A stretch of 64,000 nt of DNA, taken from the NCBI GenBank assembly GCA_963842855.1, contig CAWJHW010000004.1, positions 328,684 through 392,683 of the forward strand, written 5' to 3'. Within the stretch, counting starts at the first letter, position 1. Every line of letters starts with the position of its first letter. Source of the DNA: an uncultured Methylomirabilota bacterium (lineage in GTDB: Bacteria > Methylomirabilota > Methylomirabilia > Methylomirabilales > 2-02-FULL-66-22). Of the stretch, positions 9,630 through 17,229 are shown in pieces. The notes beneath the pieces were generated by a model, which was not told the DNA's origin, did not search any database, and saw only the letters and a list, made by a program, of their open reading frames with translations. Made by a program: the position numbers and the translations under genes.

Positions 9630-10103
9630 ATGACACGGAACCGCTGGATTCGACTTGGGCTCTTGGCCTTCCTCGGGAGCGGTCTGGCCGCCTGCGGCCC
9701 CGAGGGAGGGCTGGGGCTTTCAGGCTCCACCCCCGAGCAGTATCCTCCCCCCGGATTCGCGCACCAGCGCAATTACATGGTGTTGGAACTCTATTGGAAC
9801 TGTACGCAGCCAACGCCCGACAGATTGCTGCTGCAGGGGGTCGCCGTCAACGTGGTGGAACCGGAGGTGCGCCTTTACGAGTTGACTGTGGTGGGAGTGG
9901 ACGCCCACGGCGCTACCGTCTCCGAAGCCACCGGCACGGTGCGCCAATTCGTGCTCCGTACGATGCAATCCACGCCCATGGAGGTGGAGGTACGGACGAC
10001 GGGGCACGAGGTCCGGTTCGATTTGTTGTACCGGTATGACTCCCCCTCACACGGAGGGGGGGAATGGGCGAGCTGCCCGCCGGGGCGCCCGCGGTGCGGC
10101 TAG
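9630..10103 (+). CDS. lipoprotein of unknown function (paralog of 11531..12112)
   Basis: MTRNRWIRLGLLAFLGSGLAAC is a signal peptide plus lipobox. It shares YPPPGFAH, ELxWNCTxPxPDxLLLxG, VGVDxxGATVxE and RFDLxYxY with the paralog. Confidence 0.65.
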   Translation: MTRNRWIRLGLLAFLGSGLAACGPEGGLGLSGSTPEQYPPPGFAHQRNYMVLELYWNCTQPTPDRLLLQGVAVNVVEPEVRLYELTVVGVDAHGATVSEATGTVRQFVLRTMQSTPMEVEVRTTGHEVRFDLLYRYDSPSHGGGEWASCPPGRPRCG

Positions 10104-10465
10104 TGGCCACGCACCCGTTCCTCCTGGCCCAGGAGGTGAATCGAATGATAGTCCGGGATATCTGCCCTGAAGTGCGACGCCGGGCGCCCTGAGTGCTGCA
10201 GTCACCCGAGAGGCCTCTCGCCCGCCCGGCATGGGTCGCCCCGCCGGAGCGAGGAGAATCGAGGTAGGTGGTCGGTTGCTGAGATTGGTCCAACGAGACG
10301 CCGTGGCTGAGATCGATCGCGCCAGCGTATCTGACGCGCAGAGCAAGGGGCAGGGGGGCGCGGCCGTCCTTGTGTGCGCATATGAGGATGACGAAAAGTG
10401 GAAGAAGATGAAACCCTTCGATCAAAGTAGCCACTACCGGTGAGCCCAGCCCCGTCTCGGTAACA

Positions 10466-10522
10466 CGGGGGGCTAGAAATACGTTCCTGGAGCCCGAGTT
10501 ATGGTTACGATCACGTCTTCGC
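10466..10522. repeat. copy C of short repeated element (T-loop-like part replaced)
   Basis: 10493..10522 is identical to 9099..9128. GGGGGCTAG lies upstream. The GGGATTCGAA segment is replaced by unrelated sequence. Confidence 0.8.
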
Positions 10523-10700
10523 CATTGGGAAATAAACGCCCTCGCTAACTGCTCAATTTACCGAGGGGTTCTTTGCTCGCCTGCGGCCCTTCAAGCCGAC
10601 AACGCAGCTCGATACGTTTACGATTTCGGGTCACCATCAGTCTGGGGTGTCCCGTCCGTCTGTGATCCTCCTATCCGCGTGGGGCGAATGTTGCCCCGTG

Positions 10701-11423
10701 CTACTGGCTCAGCATCAAGACCCCCTGCATGGGGTCAAGCTGCACGTGGAACCGCGAGAGGAAAGTGTTGCCCAGCAGGCCCGCCACCTGAGAGCCCCCG
10801 GGCAGGTCGAGCACCGCGACCAGCACGTCCCGCGCCTCGGCCCCGCCCACCTGGATGGACTCCACGCTGGCAACGGGGGCGCGGATTATGCCCGAGACGG
10901 TGGCGATGGTCACCATCGGCGAGCCGGCGCCGAAGGAGATGCCCAGCTCCTGCGCCAGCCCCGCCGAGATGGTGGCATAACTGGCGCCCGTGTCCACGAC
11001 GAACAGGGCCTCGCGGCGCCCGTTCACCAGGGCGCGCACGAGAAAGGCATTGCCCGCGCGGATGAGGGGCACGGCGACCTTCCAGCTCTGCGAACTCGGC
11101 AACTCGGCGAAACCGCCCAGGGTCACGTCCACCTGCGCCGTGACCCCTGCCCACACGGTCACGGCCCGGCTGGAAGAGGTGAAGCCCTGTTTGGAGACGT
11201 TCAGACGGTAGTTCCCGGGAGGCACGCGGCTGAAGGTGAACCGCCCCTGGCTGTCGCTACGGACGCTGCCCACACCCTCCAGGACAACGTCCGCCCCCTC
11301 CAGCAGGACGTTGTTCTGGGAGGCCACGCTGCCCATCACCGCCCCCACCGAGGCCGAGTCCTGCGCCCGAGCCGGGGTTGGCAGGAACAGCAACGCTGCC
11401 AGAGCTGCCACCAATGCCCGCAC
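10701..11423 (-). CDS. secreted retropepsin-like (clan AA) aspartic protease with CarboxypepD_reg-like N-domain
   Basis: GTG at 11423 is preceded by GGAGGA. VRALVAALAALLFLPTPARA is a signal peptide. GRFTFSRVPPGNYRLNVSKQGF is a carboxypeptidase-regulatory-like fold motif. ALFVVDTGASYATIS contains the DTGA catalytic motif of retropepsin-like proteases. Confidence 0.65.
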   Translation of the reverse strand: MRALVAALAALLFLPTPARAQDSASVGAVMGSVASQNNVLLEGADVVLEGVGSVRSDSQGRFTFSRVPPGNYRLNVSKQGFTSSSRAVTVWAGVTAQVDVTLGGFAELPSSQSWKVAVPLIRAGNAFLVRALVNGRREALFVVDTGASYATISAGLAQELGISFGAGSPMVTIATVSGIIRAPVASVESIQVGGAEARDVLVAVLDLPGGSQVAGLLGNTFLSRFHVQLDPMQGVLMLSQ

Positions 11424-11530
11424 GCGGTCCTCCGACGTTCGGGAGGATAAGCAGAGATCAGGAGCGCTTATCGACCATTGCCGTTCCTTGGCCGGCTGTC
11501 GGTTGTCGGTTTTCCCTTGTGCAATGCGCG

Positions 11531-12112
11531 CTAGCGCGCCCGGTGCATCGTCTCCGAGCACACATCCCAGACCATGAACCGAATCGGTGGTACCTGGGCC
11601 AGCAGGAATGGGGTGGAGGACACGAGCCGCACAGGGGGCGCCCCGGTGGGAAGGGAGCCGCTCCGTTGCCCGTCACCGCTGTCGCCCGGTTCCTGATACT
11701 GGTACTGGTAGAACAGATCGAAGCGGGTCTCGCGCCCCGTCGGCCGCAGGGCCAGTTGAAAGGGGGTGGAGCCCATCATGCCGAAGATGAGGTCTCGCGC
11801 CGCCGCGCTGGTCTCGGTCACGGTAGCGCCGCGCGAGTCCACCCCCACCAAGTCGAACTCCAGGAAGCGAATGTCCGCTCCTGACCACGGGTTGAACGCC
11901 CTCCCCTCCAGCAGCAGCGTGTCGGGCGCTGGCCGCGTACAGTTCCAGAAGAGCTCCACCGCCGGGGACGACACCTCATGGGCGAACCCGGGGGGAGGGT
12001 AGGGCGTGGGGGGTGTGGTCCGCAGCGCTCGCCCCCCCTCCGCAGCGCAGGCGGCCAGGCTGACCCCCAGGAGTACCAACAACCCGGCACGAGTCAGACA
12101 GATCCCCTTCAT
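11531..12112 (-). CDS. lipoprotein of unknown function (paralog of 9630..10103)
   Basis: MKGICLTRAGLLVLLGVSLAAC is a signal peptide plus lipobox. It has the same conserved blocks as 9630..10103. Confidence 0.65.
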   Translation of the reverse strand: MKGICLTRAGLLVLLGVSLAACAAEGGRALRTTPPTPYPPPGFAHEVSSPAVELFWNCTRPAPDTLLLEGRAFNPWSGADIRFLEFDLVGVDSRGATVTETSAAARDLIFGMMGSTPFQLALRPTGRETRFDLFYQYQYQEPGDSGDGQRSGSLPTGAPPVRLVSSTPFLLAQVPPIRFMVWDVCSETMHRAR

Positions 12113-12144
12113 CTCCCACACCTCCTCCGCGGCCGCCGCTTCCC

Positions 12145-12414
12145 TCAGGTGGGCACCGTGTGTGCTGTTCTCGCAGTTCCTCGGACGGCGGGGACATGCT
12201 GATAGACCGCCAGGGCGACCCCACTGCCCAGCAGGGCCCCCGCCAGAACGTCAGAGGGAAAATGGGCCCCCAGGAGAATGCGCGACAGCCCGACCAGCGC
12301 GGCCACGCCCACGAAGCCAACCGCCTGCCGCGGATACCAGGCGGCCAGGACGACCGCGGTTGCGAAGGCCGTCGTGGCATGCCCCGAGGGGAACGACGCA
12401 TACGCAGCAGCCAA
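12145..12414 (-). pseudogene. C-terminal fragment of a PAP2-family phosphatase
   Basis: It contains PAP2 motifs PSGH and SRILLGAHFPSD but lacks the N-terminal KxxxxxxRP motif. An in-frame TGA lies just upstream of the TTG used by the track. The 5' end abuts the repeated 320 nt leader. Confidence 0.6.
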
Positions 12415-12726
12415 TCGCTCTCCTCATCGCAGCACCCCCATGAACCTCCTGGACTCGGCTCCCTCACGCAGCTGCCCAGCCTGAGGGAAACCAGGTGGAT
12501 ACACTCCAGGATACCTGGAGGCAATACCTGCGACAGAGGCAAGGCCACTTCCAAGACAAGTTACGGCCCTGGGACCCGAAATGTTTCAGGGGGGCCCCGA
12601 AGCTCGATCCTCCGTCCCATCGAAAAGATTGAGCGTGGTTCGCACGAATCCGCCTCATCCTGCCTCACCCCCTGAAATTTCACTGAGACGCACGATTGAC
12701 CGATCTCGGATCGAGTCGTTGCGGAC
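12407..12726 (-). repeat. copy 1 of ~320 nt repeated leader (second copy 50004..50322)
   Basis: It aligns by eye over its whole length with 50004..50322, with scattered substitutions and few indels. In both copies it ends in ATGAGGAGAGCGATTGGCTGC (MRRAIGC). Confidence 0.85.
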
Positions 12727-13113
12727 GAGTGCGTCCAGCGAAGGCTAGTCTGCTCAGTGGGGGATAGTTCCACCGGGGGAAGAGTCAGGACCCCCGTAGC
12801 TTGAGTTGCCTCCGTGGAGGAAACGAACCGGAGGAAGCCAACTGACCAAGCCATCCTTGTTAAAGAGGGACCCGGCCGTTTCTGCGGTGTCAAGGTAAAG
12901 TTCTCCTTGCGACGTTGAAACGCCGTGCGTTCGTATTGTTGCCCGCTCCACCGGGGTGCCCCTCCCGTTGGATGCTTCCCCGCTCCATCGTAGTGGTGTA
13001 AATGGGGGGTTGCGGCTTTAGTTGTCGCTCCTCCCGATTCCGGAGACCCACCGCAACGTGGAGAGCCTCGGCATCCATTAATCGGGCTTCACCGCCGGCG
13101 GCTCGAAAACGAG

Positions 13114-13143
13114 TTGACGGGCGAGAGTCGCCTGTTCTAAAGT
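13114..13143 (+). promoter_or_regulatory. candidate sigma70-type promoter of ilvE
   Basis: TTGACG (13114-13119), an 18 nt spacer, then TAAAGT (13138-13143), about 45 nt upstream of the ilvE ATG. Confidence 0.3.
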
Positions 13144-13187
13144 GCGTTTGTGACCATTCGTCCATCCTGACAGGAAAGGAATGTCCG

Positions 13188-14267
13188 ATGGCCAAAAGCT
13201 TCGCGCTGAGGATCACGAGAACGACCCAACCGGGGCCGCGGGTGGCGGATCCGGACCTCGGCTTCGGTCGGGTGTTCACAGACCACATGCTGGTCATGGA
13301 CTACGCGCCGGGGACCGGCTGGCACGATGCCCGGATCGAGCCCTACGGCCCGCTGACCCTGGACCCGGCATGCCTGGTCCTGCATTACGGCCAGGCGGTC
13401 TTCGACGGGTTCAAGGCCTTCCGATCCAGCGAGGGTGGCGTGGTCCTGTTCCGCCCGACGGACCACATCGCGCGCCTGAACGCCTCCAGCGCCCGCCTGT
13501 GCATCCCGCTGGTGGACGAAGCGTTCGTCCTGGATGCGCTGAAACAATTGATCCGCCTGGATGCCGATTGGGTGCCGCGGACGTTCGGCTGTTCGCTGTA
13601 CATCCGGCCCGTCGTCATCGCGACAGAGGCAGGCCTGGGCGTTCGCCCGTCCAAGACCTACCGGTTCTATACCATCCTGTCCCCGGTGGGCGCCTACTAC
13701 AAGGAGGGCTTCCAGCCGGTCCGGATCCTGGTCTCGGACAAGTACGTCCGGGCGGTGCGCGGCGGACTGGGCGCGGCCAAGACGCCGGCCAACTATGCCG
13801 CCAGCCTCCTGGCGGCGGAAGAGGCCAAGGCGGCCGGGTTCACCCAGGTCCTGTGGCTGGACGGGAGGCAGCGGACGTACGTCGAGGAAGTCGGCACGAT
13901 GAATATCTTCTTCCGGGTGGGAAACAGGCTGGTTACGCCGCCGCTCGAGGGGACCATCCTCGCCGGCATCACGCGGGACTGCGTGATCCGGCTGGCCGCC
14001 CATTGGGGCATCCAGATGGAGGAGCGGCGGATCTCCATGCCGGAAGTGCTGGCGGCCCACGAGGCGGGAGGACTCCTGGAGATCTTCGGATCGGGGACGG
14101 CCGCCGTCATCTCTCCGGTGTCGGAACTCGTGTTCCAGGGAAGGTCCCTGATCATCAACCAGGGCCGGATCGGGGACTGGACGCAAAGGCTGTTCGAGAC
14201 ACTGACCGGCATCCAGTACGGGAAAATGGAGGACCCGTTCGGCTGGACGGTGCCGGTATCGCCCTGA
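13188..14267 (+). CDS. ilvE: branched-chain amino acid aminotransferase (class IV)
   Basis: Begins MAKSFALRI... at ATG 13188. Family-typical blocks are GFGRVFTDHM, YGQAVFDGFKAFR, RGGLGAAKTPANYAASL and GTMNIFFRVGNRLVTPPLEGTILAGITR. Confidence 0.9.
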   Translation: MAKSFALRITRTTQPGPRVADPDLGFGRVFTDHMLVMDYAPGTGWHDARIEPYGPLTLDPACLVLHYGQAVFDGFKAFRSSEGGVVLFRPTDHIARLNASSARLCIPLVDEAFVLDALKQLIRLDADWVPRTFGCSLYIRPVVIATEAGLGVRPSKTYRFYTILSPVGAYYKEGFQPVRILVSDKYVRAVRGGLGAAKTPANYAASLLAAEEAKAAGFTQVLWLDGRQRTYVEEVGTMNIFFRVGNRLVTPPLEGTILAGITRDCVIRLAAHWGIQMEERRISMPEVLAAHEAGGLLEIFGSGTAAVISPVSELVFQGRSLIINQGRIGDWTQRLFETLTGIQYGKMEDPFGWTVPVSP

Positions 14268-14333
14268 GGTCTCAGGCCCTGTAGGGAGGATGAGGGGGAG
14301 CCTTCGCATGAATGGGGGAAAGGAGGCAATGCA

Positions 14334-14537
14334 ATGAAAGCAGTGCTCGGGTGGTGTTCGCACGGGAGTTTTGCGCTCTCCGGTCTGTGCTTTATTCTGG
14401 CGATCCTGGCCAAGCTGGGACCGGGCGAGATCGCCGGGCTCTCGCCCCGTACGCTCTATGCCGTGGCGTTGATTCTGGGCATCTACAGCATCGCCTTCTC
14501 GATGTGCGGGGTTCGCAGCCAGGCCAGTGGAGGCTAG
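14334..14537 (+). CDS. small membrane protein (67 aa)
   Basis: AAGGAGG SD before the ATG. There are two hydrophobic segments (FALSGLCFILAILA and LYAVALILGIYSIAF). Confidence 0.4.
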   Translation: MKAVLGWCSHGSFALSGLCFILAILAKLGPGEIAGLSPRTLYAVALILGIYSIAFSMCGVRSQASGG

Positions 14538-14686
14538 GCCTGGAGGGAACCCGCCAGAAGAGACCAGGTAGACGTTCGGTGGGGAGGGACTCCGACTGTG
14601 CAGCCGGGGGCGCGCGGAAGTTTGAACGTTTCGGGCGCTCAGGACCTGCCGATTTCGGGCGCGAATCCCAAGGAGGACTCTTTCGA

Positions 14687-15124
14687 ATGACCATGCCTCG
14701 TCGACTCCAAACCGCGCTGACCATGGTGGTGTTGAGCGTCCTCGTCGCGCCCACCGCAGGCTGCGGCCTCTTCTCGCGATCCAAGGAGAAGCCTCCCGAG
14801 GTGTCACAACCTTCCACGCCACCGCTCCCGGCTGCGACTCCCGCGCCGCCGCCTCCGCCGCGCCGACCATCCGGTGCCCGGATTGCTGATGAGGAGAAGC
14901 TGAAGAATCTGATCCAGGGCAAAACCACCAAGGAGGAGGTGCGGGGACTCTTCGGCATCCCGCAGGAGATCGTGCTGGCTCCAGAGATCGAGACTTTCAT
15001 CTACTATCGCGAGACGTCCTCCGGCTGGATCTCCCGGACGACCGAGCGCGTCGAGACGCTCGCGATTCGCTTCGATGCCAAGGGCGTCCTGAAGGACTTC
15101 GAATACCGGTATTCCGGGCGATAG
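14687..15124 (+). CDS. lipoprotein with SmpA/OmlA (BamE-like) domain
   Basis: ATG 14687 after AAGGAGGA. MTMPRRLQTALTMVVLSVLVAPTAGC carries a lipobox and is followed by a Pro-rich linker. LIQGKTTKEEVRGLFGIPQEIV...FIYY fits the BamE-like pattern. Confidence 0.55.
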   Translation: MTMPRRLQTALTMVVLSVLVAPTAGCGLFSRSKEKPPEVSQPSTPPLPAATPAPPPPPRRPSGARIADEEKLKNLIQGKTTKEEVRGLFGIPQEIVLAPEIETFIYYRETSSGWISRTTERVETLAIRFDAKGVLKDFEYRYSGR

Positions 15125-15212
15125 AGTTTGCGGCAACGTGTGTGAATGGCAAGGCCCGGCGCTTGCGCCGGGCCTTGGCGTTTCAGGGGGACTCGCGTTC
15201 TCCCGCGCGAGG

Positions 15213-16145
15213 CTAGCGGCTCCAACCTTCCGGCCAGTTCACCAGGATCATCCCGCCAGTCACCAGCCCGGCGCCGCTCAGGAGCTTCGCCGTGAGGGGC
15301 TCGTGGAGCAGCAGGCCGCCCAGCAGAACGCCGAAGACGGGCGTGAAGAACGTAAAGCCGGAAAGGTTGCTGACCGGATAGACCTGGATGAGCCAGAACC
15401 AGACCAGGTAGCTGGCGAAGGCCACGATGATTCCCTGGTAGGCAAGAGAGGTGACCACCAGGGGGTCGAGGCCCCGGATCCATCGCGGCTCGAGGAATAA
15501 AGCCATGAAGGAAAGTTGCAGCGCCGAGACGCCGAGCTGGTAGAAAAGCATCTGGGACGGCGTCATGCTGGACCGGACGACCCGCTTGAGGTAGAGCGAG
15601 GTTGCCGCCCAGAGCAGGCCGGCCGTCATGCTCATCAGATCGCCCGCGATCTGTAGCCGGGTGGGCCGCCCGAGGCTGTCCCAGAGCGTGATGATGACGC
15701 CGGCAAAGGCCAGGATCAGACCGGCGAGCTTGCGCCCGGTGAGCGGCTCGTTCGGCAAAAGCCAGTGGGCCCCCAGCGCCACGAAGAACGGGGCCGTGTA
15801 GAGGAAGATCACGGCGTGAGAGGCGGTGGTGTAACTCAGGCCGAGGTAGATGAACAAGAACTCCGTCCCGAAGAGGAGTCCGATCGCCAGGCCGTGGAGG
15901 AAGGTCCGATCCCGATGGACGAGGGGGAGGGCGCGAACCCGGGCCCAGAGCGCGACGAGCAGGGCCGCCACGAGGGATCGCACCGCCGCCTGAAAGATGG
16001 GGCTCACACCGCGGTTCGCCACCTTGATGGAGACCTGTCCCATGCCCCAGAGGAAACACAGGGTCACGACGATGGCCATGGCCCGGCCATCCAGGCTCTT
16101 CTTGGAAAGGCTCACGCATGTGCCCCCTGAGCAAACGGGTGCCAC
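15213..16145 (-). CDS. DMT-superfamily (EamA/RhaT-type) transporter
   Basis: About 10 hydrophobic segments and a duplicated EamA-like architecture. The start is uncertain (16145 or the internal ATG near 16079). Confidence 0.75.
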   Translation of the reverse strand: MAPVCSGGTCVSLSKKSLDGRAMAIVVTLCFLWGMGQVSIKVANRGVSPIFQAAVRSLVAALLVALWARVRALPLVHRDRTFLHGLAIGLLFGTEFLFIYLGLSYTTASHAVIFLYTAPFFVALGAHWLLPNEPLTGRKLAGLILAFAGVIITLWDSLGRPTRLQIAGDLMSMTAGLLWAATSLYLKRVVRSSMTPSQMLFYQLGVSALQLSFMALFLEPRWIRGLDPLVVTSLAYQGIIVAFASYLVWFWLIQVYPVSNLSGFTFFTPVFGVLLGGLLLHEPLTAKLLSGAGLVTGGMILVNWPEGWSR

Positions 16146-16698
16146 TATACCCCGAGCGGCGACCAGAGTGAAGCGCCTGCTAACTCCAAGCCAAAACTAT
16201 CGACCGCCAAGTGGTCATGAACCGTGAACGGTCACCATGACGCATGAAAATTCGCCCGGGCTCCCCGGCACGCCCCTCCGGGAGCCGGTCCGCGACGGAG
16301 CCCCGCCGCACCCATAAAGGGCCCGGCGGGGCAGGGCCGGCTCCCGCGGGTCGGGGCCGAGGGGCTCGGCCCCTCCGTGCCGCGTCAGACCCACCTGCGG
16401 TGGGTACCACCCACCGCACGGCCCGGCTCTCCGGGAGGCACCGGGGAGCCCCTGGAACCGTCCGGGCATTTTCTTCGCAGGTGCCAAGGCCAAACGGATC
16501 ATTTGGGAGGAAACGAGCGGAACTTCTGAAGACCCTATGGACGCGTTTTCGCGTCATCCGGTGGAGAGATCGGAACATCCCATCTTTGGCGGCCTTGGCG
16601 TCATGGCGGTTCAAGGTTTTTCTCGGTGCCGGACTTCGGACTTGATCCTACGGATGGCTCCTGGTAAAAGGGGGTATAGAGAGATCACGGAGGCGGCC

Positions 16699-17007
16699 AT
16701 GAGCCAAAAACCGATTGAGCCTTTCGCTGTTGCCTGTCCGTGCTGCCAAGCGAAACTGCGGGTGGACCCGGAGCTCCGGGCCGTCCTGTCATTCGAGCCG
16801 CCCCCGGAGGAGCGGAGGATCAAGGACCTCAGCGACGGCGTGAAGGGTCTGAAGGACGAGGCGGTCCAGCGCCAGGCGAAGTTCGAGGAATCCCTCAAGG
16901 CGCAGAAGGGCAAGAAGGACCTCCTGGACAAGAAGTTCCAGGATGCGTTGAAAAAGGCAAAGGACGAGCCGATCACGAAACCGACCCGGGATATCGACCT
17001 GGATTGA
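16699..17007 (+). CDS. small protein with N-terminal CPCC zinc-ribbon-like motif and Lys/Glu-rich tail
   Basis: Internal ATG of track ORF 16537..17007. The sequence begins MSQKPIEPFAVACPCCQAKLRVDPELRAVL and continues into a charged helical tail. It lies upstream of the activase operon. Confidence 0.4.
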   Translation: MSQKPIEPFAVACPCCQAKLRVDPELRAVLSFEPPPEERRIKDLSDGVKGLKDEAVQRQAKFEESLKAQKGKKDLLDKKFQDALKKAKDEPITKPTRDIDLD

Positions 17008-17229
17008 TCAGGGCTTCCGGGGGCGGCCCCGGTTCCGACGTCACCCGAGCACTTGGGCAAACGGGACCGGCGGAGTACGCATGGATTGCGCCCGGTTGCT
17101 ATTCGGCCGGGCCGGGCTATATTCTTTGATGGGACTGTGGCCCCCGCGGGTCCGGCAGCATGGTTCTCCCTTCCTCAGTGGGGGTGCGGCCCGCCCCTGG
17201 CCAGGCCCGCACCCCGTCGTGAATCCCCC

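Noticed and set aside
12407-12726. Diversity-generating retroelement (template/variable repeat pair) for the two 320 nt copies
   Set aside because: The mismatches are not adenine-specific (mostly G/T and C/A changes in both directions). Neither copy lies at the 3' end of a target gene. No reverse transcriptase is present.
13137-14870. 577-aa minus-strand ORF
   Set aside because: It is antisense to ilvE and the BamE-like lipoprotein gene. It has low-complexity Arg/Pro/Gly composition and no SD or domain.
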